NCBI GenBank assembly: GCA_963693365.1
Contig: CAVNZM010000003.1
Location: forward strand, 5,918,509 to 5,982,508
From: Amoebidium appalachense
Lineage: Eukaryota; Protista; Ichthyosporea
DNA length: 64,000 nucleotides
Direction: 5' to 3'
In this document: positions 40,091 through 64,000 of the stretch, one piece after another
Layout: the number at the start of each line of letters is the position of its first letter
Position numbering within the stretch: the stretch's first letter is position 1
Translations under genes and position numbers: made by a program
Notes under the pieces: generated by a model
Database searches by the model: none
Seen by the model: only the letters and a program-made list of their open reading frames with translations
Told to the model about the DNA's origin: nothing

Positions 40091-41397
40091 ATCTCGACAC
40101 GCGCGTCCGCAAATTTTTTTTTAAAAAAAAAGGAGGAAAAAAAAAAGAAAGAAAGGAAAAGAAATTGAAATTGAAAGTGGCTGATTGAGACACGAGACCC
40201 ATGCGAAAGCCCTCGAGCCGTGTGCATGCACATATATTATAATGAAGAGTCGAAACTGGCTTTTTAAATTTTCCTGAGTGCTTTGCGCAAAGGAAATTTA
40301 TCGGGCCCGTTTCGATTCTAGATCTGATGTACGTGTTCACGTGCCATGCATCCACACCATTTCCGTGAATATTTTCGAACGTACCACCAGAATCTCATTC
40401 TTAATAGTCCATGGAGTGCTAATATTACATAGTACATGCGGGCGAACGTACGGTGCCCAGTGGGTGTGCTGCGCATGTGCTGTGTGTGTGACACCATGCG
40501 TGCACGTGTCAACTAGTGTGGGTGTGAACTGTGTGTGCGTTGATGCATCATGTACATGTGGGCATGTGCATGGGAATGTGTGTGTGTATGTGTCTGTGTC
40601 AGTGTCAATGTGTTTGCGTGTGCATGTGCGTGTGACTGTGTGTGCGTGCGACTCTGAGTGTGCCGTGTGTGTGTGTGTGTGTGTACATGTCTGTGTTGTA
40701 CGGTGTGTGTTGGAAGTGTGCAATATCATGATGCATTTGCTTATCCAGTCTTTACTATCATCTCTTGATAGTTATCTTTATTCACCAATTGACCGTTAAC
40801 CTTAAACCCTTAATATCATATCACGACAGTATTCACTATCATATACATATCATGTTTGACTAGAGAACAGGCCACACTCTAATCAAAACCTTTCACCATT
40901 CTTGTATGCAGTTATATGCATTCGCACCAAACAAATATCACAGACGCACAAGTTGACACAAACAACACACAAAGCCACATTGAAGAAAACAGGCAAAAAC
41001 CCACAACGCCAACAGTGTGGCATAGCCTTTTTGAAACCCAATAAATCATCACAATCCTGTTAATTATGAAAACCTCTTATGAAAACCTCGTTCAAACCGC
41101 ACAAAACACTTGCCAAATCAGCTATTACATATTCTACCCCGCGTTTAAACCAAACAGATCTCTAAAACAAAAAAAAGGAAAAAAGAAAAAAAGAAAAAAA
41201 GAAAAGAAAATAACACCCGATCTGCATATCTGTCCTTCCTGCGTACCCTCCCAGGGCTTATCTTGCATGATTTTCTATCCAACCAGAATCAACGACCAAT
41301 ACATTTCAACCTATCAGCCTGCCTAATTCGAATATTTCGAAGCACCTATTGCATAATTCTCAGCCAGTAGAAGTGCATTTACGTGACTTGTAGCCAA

Positions 41398-51205
<9,808 letters not shown>

Positions 51206-51696
51206 GATGCCGTACTTGCGTATGTGTGCCTGTGCGCTTGCGCTTGTGTGCTTGGTTTTTGTGTAGGTGCTTGCACTTGTAAAACAGATGGAGATGTTGA
51301 AGAAAACTCTGTCTAGCTTGAAAAAAACTACAACCTTTGCCTTGTCAGCTGATTTTTTGGAGCGCAGGAACAAAATGAAAAAAAAGCTTTTCCGTTTTTC
51401 GAATATCATAGTTTAAAATAACAACCATATAAGGCTATTGTTTATTATGATTGTCCAATCACATCTTGGGAATTTGCTTTGTGGCTCACCTTGGACGTCA
51501 CACGGTCACCGATCGGGCCTGGCCCAGGGGTGTTCCGGGACGTGCGCACGTGCACTTTTTGTGTGCACAAAAAACGCCATTTGTATGCTGTCAGTGGTCA
51601 CCACCCTGCATATGCCGGAGCACGTGTGTGCGTGTGATGCATGTGTGGCACACGTGCATTCCTACCATGGCGAATTTCGTGGCCGTGCCAGCACGG

Positions 51697-51732
<36 letters not shown>

Positions 51733-52010
51733 ATGATATGGGATGATGTGGTTCTCGGTGGCCCACGGTTCTCTGTGGTGGTCAGCTGTGTGCTATGTGC
51801 TCATAAGTTTGAAGTTGTTTTGTTGGGTGTGCAAGACCTCGTGTCTCTGTATCGCAACTCATCAACTGACAACTGAGACCCGCTCAGGAGTGACGGCCAT
51901 ATACATGTACTCTGGGATCAGGGCTCAGCTAGGCTATCCATATATGGTAATCATTACATCCATATCATTGGTTCACAGGGCAGGGATTCTCAACCGTGTG
52001 TGCTTCAATC

Positions 52011-52049
<39 letters not shown>

Positions 52050-52436
52050 CTCTGAAAAAAAGGTTCGCGAGGCCACCCTCCCCAAGTCCCCAACATCTCC
52101 CCTCCCCTAGAGGAGCTCCCCCTTCCCCTTCCCCCTCCCCCCCTCCCCCCTCACCCCTTCTTCCTCCCATCCACCCCCTCCCCTCCCCCCTCCCCTTGGG
52201 CAACGACAAGTCTTGATTATATTCCCTGACCTCCAGTGCTCCTCCCTAATATGAGCGGCGGCGCGGGGCGGAGGGGGGGGGGGGGATAGGATCTTGAGGG
52301 TCAGCAACTTGGACCTCCAAACACACCGCCGGCCACCTACAGATCTTAAGTGCAACCTCTAACCCTACCCTTCCCTTCTCCATAGTCAGTTTTTACAGCC
52401 CCCCCCCCCCCCCCCCCCTCCCCCCCCCCCCCCCCC

Positions 52437-52468
<32 letters not shown>

Positions 52469-53141
52469 AGCCCCCGCGGCAGAAAACCCACAAGCAAAGC
52501 CCCTTTCTATATGTCACTATACTCCTTTCCCCAATCAATGGTTGCTCTTGTGACTGACAGGCTGAGCAGCTCAATTTCGTGGCAAGAATTCTTTTGCAAA
52601 AAGAGAATGTAACTACGACTCGTAACCATGACGCGTCAGCGAAATAGTGAAATGAAACTTAGCAACCCACTAGCCCAGCTAGTAGGGTTTACGCAAATGC
52701 AAATTTGGTTAACACTTAGACGTTAAGACACTTCTCTCTGTGATGAAAACGATAAAACGAACATTAATTAAGTCTGCACATTTAACTTTCCATACGGACT
52801 AGATAACCATGTATGTATGCAAGGCTGGATGAAATAATCATACGAAGCAACAGGTCCCGGTTAGTGCAAATGTGGTGATCGGATACCAACACTCTACCAG
52901 CAACTAAACGTGCTTCTTATAAACGGTAACAATGTGGTTAAAGAACAGCTACGAAAGGACACGCGGACAAACGGAATGAAACGAGCTCTCATTAGGGAAA
53001 AAACAACCATTTACCATTTACCATATGTTGTAATCTAACACGCTACGGCACTTCGCCATTACAAATACAACCTTAAATGACCAAATTCACTTCAAACACA
53101 AACCGCTAAAATCGACCACAACAAGCACCCAACCACAATCC

Positions 53142-56190
<3,049 letters not shown>

Positions 56191-57346
56191 TTTTGTGTTT
56201 TGTGGTGTTGATGCACCTGCAAACCTTGCCAAATATTTGTGTTTGGGAGGGGTTTCCTATGTTTTTTTGTTTGCTGGAGAGTTTTAGTTTTTGCTTATGC
56301 CAAGGCATTAGGCATGCATACCGTGAGTGAACGGGTCAGCTGCCCCTCTGAGACTGCCGAGTGATGTGACACGATTATCATTACCTCCTATACCTGCACT
56401 GATGATGAAATTGAAGGAAACCCGAAATGCTTTATTACTTATTGCTTGATTTATATGTACTAATTAACTTCTAATCTCCCGGGAGAAAGTTATGCTGGCG
56501 CATAATTCAAACAATACCGTGTTTTACTTTCATGCAGAATTCCGATGATTAGATGTACAATTAGACTATGTTCTAGTGATAATATGGCTTCTTTGAGGGG
56601 CTCTCCAAATCAGTTGAAATATTCGCGAGCTTTATAAAATGGGGTTTGTTCCTCCATACCCACAAAGGAAGAGTGTAGCGAGATCCACTATCAGAAAAAA
56701 CTAGCGCTTAATGATTGGCTCTCAGTTGCAAACGCTGTTTAATTGGTAGTTAGCGCACCGTCTCCATCTTGCCTGGTCAAATTTTCTTGTCTTAAGTTTT
56801 AATTTTACCAATAAATAAGTAGCTTTAAAAAGTGTAGAAACACAGTAGCAGAGGTGTGGCGAGCCGGGGGGTTTTGGGCCAGGCCAGGCCGGGCAGCTCG
56901 GCCTGTCGATTTTCCGGGCCAGGAACAGGCCAGGCCGGGTTTTAGAATATACCATATATGGAAGGTGTTCGCGCAAAACTTTTGCGCAAAATCCTTCTGA
57001 CCTGACAAGGGGTTCCGTTACCACACCGTGCAGTGTGACGTCACTTATGCACTTGGGGGGGGTGGAGAGGAGGGGGTCTGGCCCAAATTGCCTTGGCCCG
57101 GCCCAAACATTTTTCAGGCCGGGCCGGGCAGCCCGCCCCTTCCTTTTTTTTGGCCAGAATGTTAGCTATATCCACGGCCATCTGGCCGTGGCTATATCTA
57201 AAAAAAAAATCTAGATTATTACATGATCTATGAATATGAATCTGAATCTATGAGATCGATCTATGAATCTGCTATTTGACGATGTAACATCCAAACTAAT
57301 TACATTTTAATCTTCAGAAGTCATGGTGTCAAGTCACCGATTGACA

Positions 57347-57380
57347 CATTTTAGACACCAAACTGCTTTTCCATTGCTTT
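57347..57380 (-). mobile_element. Severed 3' tail (B2 repeat) of the older DIRS-type copy
   Basis: Joined to 60358 through AT it restores ...CAGACCGGAA-AT-AAAGCAATGGAAAAGCAGTTTGGTGTCTAAAATG, colinear with the copy 1 terminus. Confidence 0.8.
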
Positions 57381-60357
57381 ATGATATATTTGGTAAATAC
57401 TCATTTTATCCACCAATCGGAAGAAGATGGTGTGATGATCGGCATCACACATCTCTTCCTGTAGAAGCGACTATAAAAGTCGTGTTTTTCGCTTCTCTCA
57501 AACAGTCTTTTCCTCGCCGCTTCGCGCGCGTTAGTGAGGCCGGTCTAGTGACCAAGACCAAAGCTTTTGAGCGCAATGAGCGCTATAGTCAGTCGTGTAG
57601 GTCCCTAGACTTTAGCTATAATAATAGGCCCAGGAACCGCAGATCATTGAGACCGGATGCGCTCATGAGTTTTTGCAAAACCCAAGTGGGGTTGTGTTTT
57701 GGGGTTGTTTGTGTAGCTATAAGCACCTAGGCACGCCTGGCAACGTTAGCCCGTGTGGGCTGCTCGCGTGAGCATGTACAGCAGCAACGTGTGCTGCTCT
57801 CTAGTCCTAGTGTGGGCCCCGGCAGCTGCCGGTCTGTGCGGGGGCGGCCGGTTTTGTGTGCTCCCAGTAAGCCAGTGGGCGGGGTAGCACCTGCACCGCT
57901 CTATCAACGGGTGCGTGCGTGCCACGACGAGTGGGCGCGCGGTGGAGCAGCCAAGGACGTGCTCTTAATCTGGATTAAGTATGGCATCACACCCGAATGG
58001 TGCGCTGGGCCGCCACCTCCCCACGACATGGGGAGGTACCTAGACTTGGGCGAAGTTTCGGAGGAGGAGGCGTTGGTGGAAGTTGCGCGTTTAGTGGGTA
58101 AGGGCGCACTTGAACCCATCGACGAGTCCAGGAAGCATTGCGTGTCGACCACGTTTGGGGTGCGGAAACCAAACGGTAAAGTGCGGCTTATAATCGACAT
58201 GCGCCCAGTGAATGAGTATGCCGTACAGCGGGGCCTCAAGTCGTCGAGACGCTCAGTGACCTGCAGGTCATTGCTCAGCCAGGTGACCACGGCTTCAGTT
58301 TCGATCTGGAGGACGGCTACTTTGCGCTGGCAATTGCGCCACCGTGGCGTAAATATTTTCAGATTCGGGTTGGCGGCCAGCTGTATCAGTACACTGTGCT
58401 GCCTTTCGGCTATTCCCTCAGCCCATACTACTTCACGCGGCTAATGAAGGAGTTCGGTCGGCGTCTTCACCGGCGCGGTGTGCGCACGTTAGCGTTCTTG
58501 GACGACTGGTTGGTCGTCGAACGGCCGCTAAAGGCGCTGCAAACTCGCGGTGTTGTTGAGGGGGAGCTCGAGGCAACGGGCCTGAGCCGAAATACGGAGA
58601 AGGGCCAGTGGGAGCCCACCGACCACCTCGACCATCTAGGCATCCATGTCGACCTTGACGCAGGTGTGTTGGCCCCTACCGCCACCTCTATGGAAAAGCT
58701 GGTGGAGGAGACCAAGCGGGTGATGGCCAAGGCTCGCAAGGGCAAGCGATGGGTGGAAAAGAAGCAAGTCGCCCGGTGGTTGGGGGTGGTCATGAGTCTG
58801 CGGGCTGCCACTCCCCACGTGCTGACGTTGGTGCGGCCAGTGTATGCCGCCCTACGCGGGGGAAATTGGCGCAGTTTCGTTCGGCTTTCGGGGCGTCAGT
58901 TACGGATTATCGGTCGGACGCCCCAGTTCATTGGCCGGTTGCCTCGGGCGGAGATATGGCCCAACCCGGTCACGGCTACGCTCATCATGGATGCCGCCAC
59001 CACACACGGCTGGGGGGCCGTGCTTCAAGTGGCGGGATCCCCTGCCCCTGCGCTTGAGGCGGCGGGCCGGTGGGCAGCCGACGACGCTCCGCGGGCGGCG
59101 GCGATTGCGGAGTGTGAGGGCCTGTTGGAGGCCTATCAGAGCCCTGCCCTGCAGGAAGCCCTCTGTGGGCAGCGGGTACAGTGGCAAGCCGATGCCCAGG
59201 CGGCCCTTGGGGCCGTGCGGAAAAAGGGCAGCGGCAGCCCCTCGATGCAGCGCACTCTGTGGCAGCTTCTGCAGTTGTGCCTCGACCACGGGTTGCCTTG
59301 GCCACAGGAGGTGGCCTACCTCCCGGCTGAGCTCAACGACCGAGCAGATTGGCTGTCGCGGGTGGACCCCCGGCATGAATGGCAAGTCACGCCGGAGGCA
59401 GTTGAGCGGGTGGAGTGGCTGCTGGGCATGCAGCCCGAAGTCGATCGGTTTGCCACCCACACCTCGGCAGTGAAGGCCGAGTTTAATGTGTGGGCCCAGG
59501 CAGGGGCCCCCGGTGGGATGGCAGACGGGTTGGCGGTGCCGTGGACGGCACCAAGCTGGTGGGCGCCTCCGTTCCCGCTGATCAAGCGAACGGTGGCCAA
59601 GCTGCAGCGGGAAGGTGCAGCGGGCATCCTCGTCGTTCCAGTGTGGGATACGGCGTCGTGGTGGCCCGTTATCCAGGGGTTGGCTTCGGCAAGTGTGCCT
59701 CTGCGCCCCTCTGAGGTGATTTTCCCGCGCGGGGTGCGACCGTGGCGTATGCAAGCATTTCGTCTGGACCGCACCCCGGTTCCTGGGCAGGCTGAGGGGC
59801 CCCAGCCAGCCAGCGTAATTGTATAATAGTGTGTGCTAGCCGGCTGTGTCCTAGTGTGGACGTAGATAGCAGTTTGGTGTCTAAAATGATATATTTGGTA
59901 AATACTCATTTTATCCACCAATCGGAAGAAGATGGTGTGATGATCGGCATCACACATCTCTTCCTGTAGAAGCGACTATAAAAGTCGTGTTTTTCGCTTC
60001 TCTCAAACAGTCTTTTCCTCGCCGCTTCTCTTAGGACCCACCCGCCCGCCCGCATTCTGTTTCCTCGCCGTTTGCCTGCTGTTCTCAGCTTTATGGATCA
60101 GGGCTGTAAGTGCTAGGTTGAGGACCGTAGTAGTGCTTGGTTGGGGGGGGGGGGGGGGGGGGGGGGGGGGATGATTTCTGTTTTCGGGCCCGAGGGCCTT
60201 ATCTGTATTGATCTCGTCTGTATGGCCCCAGGGCCGGGAGTCAGTACATGTGATCTATTTGCGGCCCAGTGGGGGCCTGCTGGGACGGCAGCCGGGTGCT
60301 GCCTCTCATCATCAGATCGGCCATAAAGCAATCGAAAAGCAGTTTGGTGTCTAAAAT
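57381..60357 (+). mobile_element. DIRS-order retrotransposon with split direct repeats (A1...B1-A2...B2), 2977 bp, RT-RH-MT only
   Basis: A1 57381-57523 identical to A2 59886-60028 (143 bp); B1 59868-59887 identical to B2 60338-60357 (AGCAGTTTGGTGTCTAAAAT). DIRS-type pol inside; no Gag or YR ORF seen. Confidence 0.85.
57755..59826 (+). pseudogene. DIRS-type reverse transcriptase, RNase H and adenine-methyltransferase-like ORF, one frameshift near 58240
   Basis: Frame 1: PVGG...W, FGVRKPNGKVRLIIDMRPVN. Frame 2: VETLSDL, FSFDLEDGYF, YTVLPFGYSLSP, AFLDDWL, DHLGI; RH LIMDAA...GWGA, AECEG, QADAQ, LNDRADWLSR; MT-like VDRFAT, WWAPPFPLI, ILVVPVW. Confidence 0.85.
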
Positions 60358-61682
60358 TTCCGGTCTGATGATGAGAGCCTGCACCCGGCTGCCGTCCCCG
60401 CAGGCCCCCACCGGGCCGCAAATAAATCACATGTACTGACTCCCGGCCCTGGGGCCATACACACGAGATCAATACAGATAAGGCCCTCGGGCCCGAAAAC
60501 AGAAATCATCCCCCCCCCCCCCCCCCCCCCCAAGCACTACTACCCTCAACCTAGCACTTACAGCCCTGATCCATCATTTGAAAGCTGAGAACAGCAGGCA
60601 AACGGCGAGGAAACAGAATGCGGGCGGGTGGGTGGGTCCTAAGAGAAGCGGCGAGGAAAAGACTGTTTGAAAGAAGCGAAAAACACGACTTTTATAGTCG
60701 CTTCTACAGGAAGTCTTAGAGATGTGTGATGCCGATCATCACACCATCTTCTTCCGATTGGTGGATAAAATGAGTATTTACCAAATATATCATTTTAGAC
60801 ACCAAACTGCTATCTACGTCCACGTGACACAGCTGGCTAACATACACTATTATACAATTACGCTGGCTGGCTGGGGCCCCTCAGCCTGCTTAGGAACCGG
60901 GGTGCCGTCCAGACGAAATGCTTGCATAGTATTACGCCACGGCCGCACCCCGCGCGGGAAGATTACCTCAGAGGGGCGCAGAGGCACACTTGCCGAAGCC
61001 AACCCCTGAATGACGGGCCACCACGACGCCGTATCCCACACTGGAACGACGAGGATGCCCGCTGCACCTTCCCGCTGCAGCTTGGCTACCGTTCGCTTGA
61101 TCAGCGGGAACGGAGGCGCCCACCAGCTTGGTGCCGTCCACGGCACCGCCAACCCGTCTGCCATCCCACCGGGGGCCCCTGCCTGGGCCCACACATTAAA
61201 CTCGGCCTTCACTGCCGAGGTGTGGGTGGCAAACCGATCGACTTCGGGCTGCATGCCCAGCAGCCACTCCACCCGCTCGACTGCCTCCGGCGTGACTTGC
61301 CATTCATGCCGGGGGTCCACCCGCGACAGCCAATCTGCTCGGTCGTTGAGCTCACCCGGGATATAGGCCACCTCCTGTGGCCAAGGCAACCCGTGGTCGA
61401 GGCACAACTGCAGAAGCTGCAACAGAGTGCGCTGCATCGAGGGGCTGCCGCTGCCCTTTTTCCGCACGGCCCCAAGGGCCGCCTGGGCATCGGCTTAAGC
61501 GCTTGCCACTGCACCCGCTGCCCACAGAGGGCTTCCTGCAGGGCAGGGCTCTGATAGGCCTCCAACAGGCCCTCACACTCCGCAATCGCCGCCGCCCGCG
61601 GAGCGTCGTCGGCTGCCCACCTGCCCGCCGCCTCAAGCGCAGGGGCAGGGGATCCCGCCACTTGAAGCACGGCCCCCCAGCG
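60358..61682 (-). mobile_element. Older inverted copy of the same DIRS-type element (RH-MT end, B1, A2, spacer), interrupted by copy 1 and by a copia LTR
   Basis: Reverse complement of about 59008-60320 with substitutions and 6-8 nt insertions; A2 at ~60645-60793, B1 at 60792-60811; frameshift at 61493-61500. Confidence 0.9.
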
Positions 61683-64000
61683 TGTTAACAGTAATACGTA
61701 GTATTTACATATGGTAAGATCTTCTCAGTTTGTGTTATGTTTCAATTCTGTTGTAATACGTAGTATTTACATATGGTAAGATCTTCTCAGTTTGTGTTAT
61801 GTTTCAGTTCATATGCTTAGTGTAAATGCCACACTCCTATTATGTAAAGTGTAGCATCGATCTCCGATATGCTTGTATACTTGTAATCGTGTTGTATCGG
61901 CTCTAATCGTGTATTGTAATATCGATTAGAATATTTATATGTGTGTACACGGATCCACCCACTCAGGGAGAGACGTGTACATGTTCGTGTGTACATAAAT
62001 ATCTCTGGTTATAGTTATGCTATTACTATCTTGTTTGTTGATCTGTGCTCTCTTTTCCTTTCTCTTTCTCCTTCCTTATTTTCTTTTCTTTCACTCCTTG
62101 TCTTCATGTGTATAATCGTATTTCTTTTCTACTAATATATGTTAGGTAGATTTGTGTTACTTAATACGTGTTCATTGGACGGTAACACACTTAGGCTACA
62201 CTTAGAATAGCATGTGTGTTTAGACTTCATTAATTCACTTTAGTTTTCATGTGTTGCCGGGCTTTAACCAATCATCAAGGTTAAGTGTGATATGTCTGAG
62301 TCTTTGCAGTATGTCATAGGTTAGAACTTCCTTGATGATGACACGAGTTGATCTTAACTAGTGTCTGTGTCCTATCGTGTATGTCTCCGCGTACCGGATC
62401 TCTCTGAAAGCAATTGGTTCTTAGTGATTGGTTTCTATTAGAGATAGATCTGATTTCCGACTGGTCGGAAATCATGTATGGATTGGACTTAGAGGAATTT
62501 CATGTATTTATTCGAAGATCAGAATAAATTCAGTTCAGTCGTGTCTAAACATTGATGTCTGTTGTGTACACTGCTCCGATCGTTCCGTGTTTTGTTGTTG
62601 TGTGTGTCTGTGGTGTTTTCACACTGCACCACTGTGTCTCTGCTTACATCCCAAATACTTATAGAAATTAACAGGTTATGGGCCCAGATGCACGCTCCCT
62701 ACACACACCTAGACCTAGCGATCGTTAAATTCCTGGTACACATCATAGCTGTGGTCAGCTCCTCATGCATCTTGGTGCTGAGGCTGTGTACATCCATCCC
62801 TGGCGTCCCCTGCATCCATCTGTGCCTTTCTGCACACCCCGTCTCTGGCGCCTGCTGTTCCAGTTCCGTCCGTCCCCGTTCCCACCGTCTCCTAGCCTCT
62901 CGGCTCGAGGCCTCCCCGGCGTCCGTCCGTAACCGGTCCCACGTGACTCCTCTTGACAAGATCTGACTCATCTTGACAAGAGCTTTTGTCACGCCTTGAC
63001 ACCCGTGACATCCTCGCAAGTTCAAATTCCAGCTTGCACTCCTTCCAGCTCCGTCCTGGTTTCGTTCCGTCACGCCAAACCGTCCTCCACCCTTGGTTCT
63101 GCAATCGCGCTCCAAGTTCCTTGACACTTCACCGACGTGGTCTCAACCGCGCCGCCCTGTCTACCCAGGCCTGAGGATCCTGCATCGAAATCCCATTCCA
63201 TCCGATTTCGAACCCCGTCGACCCGCATTCGAATATAATTTCACACCCCGTCAGCGTTCCAATCGACGATAATTTGACACCCCGTCTCGATCCGACTTGA
63301 CCATCATCCATCAAGTCCATCTGAAGTATCCAAATTCGGTACTTCTTTCCAGTCTACCGTGTTCCACCCCGTCCAAGCCCTTTGTGCTTCCCTCCTCCCT
63401 AGGAGTCCCGACCCTGAGTCCCTCCAGAACCGTTTACCGTGTCCAACCCCGGCTTCCTTCCAGGATTTCCAACCCTGTTTTCGGCCATGTCTCCCCTTAC
63501 CGTGCCGTCACTGTCAATGGCCCCCTCACATTCCATTGATCTGCCCTGCATTCCGGCAGCAGTTTCCCCCCATCACGTGGCCAACCTCGTCGAGATCCCA
63601 ACTACCACCAGCTCTGCACGGGCAACAGTTACCCCTGCAGCTATTTCCCCCCCATTACCACCCGACCCCGGCCAGCAAGACATGCTGCCAGGTCCAGTCG
63701 TTCCCATCCACGTTTCCAGCCAGCTTGCTGTGCTGCCTTCCCCCCGTTTCCAAAGCCCCTGCATCCGACCCAGTTAACCTCCTCCGTCCGGAATTACCTG
63801 CACTTGACCCTGCCTCCGTCGTGCCTCATCCCAACCCAAATTCCGTGAAGACCTACCCCCCTCCCTGTTCGGGCTTTCCCAGTCACCCCGAGCAGCAAGC
63901 ACCCTCGACGCCCCCCTCAGCGAATTCCAAACTACGACAAGTCTACTCCTCCTTGGTCATCAATCCCTCCACCGGTCGCCCCACCACGTGTGGCTACCCT
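61683..64000 (+). mobile_element. Ty1/copia LTR retrotransposon 5' part: 991-bp LTR (61683-62673) and PBS (62674-62687); runs off the window
   Basis: LTR termini TGTTAA...TTAACA; directly followed by GGTTATGGGCCCAG, the PBS of Drosophila copia-type elements primed by a tRNAiMet fragment. A 62-bp-period duplication lies in the LTR (61691/61753). No recognisable gag in the window. Confidence 0.8.

Noticed and set aside
57160-57215. Helitron 3' end (CACGGCCA-TC-TGGCCGTG hairpin, downstream CTAG)
   Set aside because: The hairpin is real, but the spacing and following base do not fit CTRR|T and no 5' end or second copy is visible.
58216-58246. Programmed -1 ribosomal frameshift
   Set aside because: No X XXY YYZ heptamer, and the shift falls inside the RT core.
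57348-60357. 36-bp terminal inverted repeats (57348-57383 / 60322-60357) suggesting a TIR or ITR element
   Set aside because: Better explained as the severed tail of the older inverted copy, because the empty site reconstructs exactly.
60290-60500. Hammerhead ribozyme (CTGATGA followed by a hairpin)
   Set aside because: No GAAA after stem II and no stem I/III closure found.

Overview
Eukaryotic genomic DNA, probably from a unicellular opisthokont (inferred from gene content and intron style, not certain). Introns are saturated with (CA/TG)n, (GA)n and long G/C homopolymers, so almost all ORFs in the supplied track are artefacts. Five spliced genes were reconstructed by hand with consistent splice phases: an O-fucosyltransferase-like type II membrane protein (-, 5097-10031), a PHF3/DIDO1/Bye1-like PHD-TFIIS_M-SPOC protein (-, 12096-32767), a PRL/PTP4A phosphatase (+, 34836-38845), an AstE/AspA-family zinc hydrolase (-, 41398-51205) and an endophilin-like BAR-SH3 protein (-, 53142-56190). 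The last 6.7 kb is a nested retroelement cluster. A 2977-bp DIRS-type element with split direct repeats, encoding only RT-RNaseH-methyltransferase-like domains (no Gag or tyrosine recombinase seen), sits in inverted orientation in the 3' tail of an older copy of its own family, with an AT crossover core at both junctions. The older copy is also interrupted by a Ty1/copia LTR with a half-tRNAiMet-type PBS. Other notable signals: tandem echoes of an exon tail that may be 39-nt microexons, an intronic repeat family oriented with host transcription in all 9 intronic copies found, (CA)n in place of polypyrimidine tracts, and an intronic island of E2F sites.
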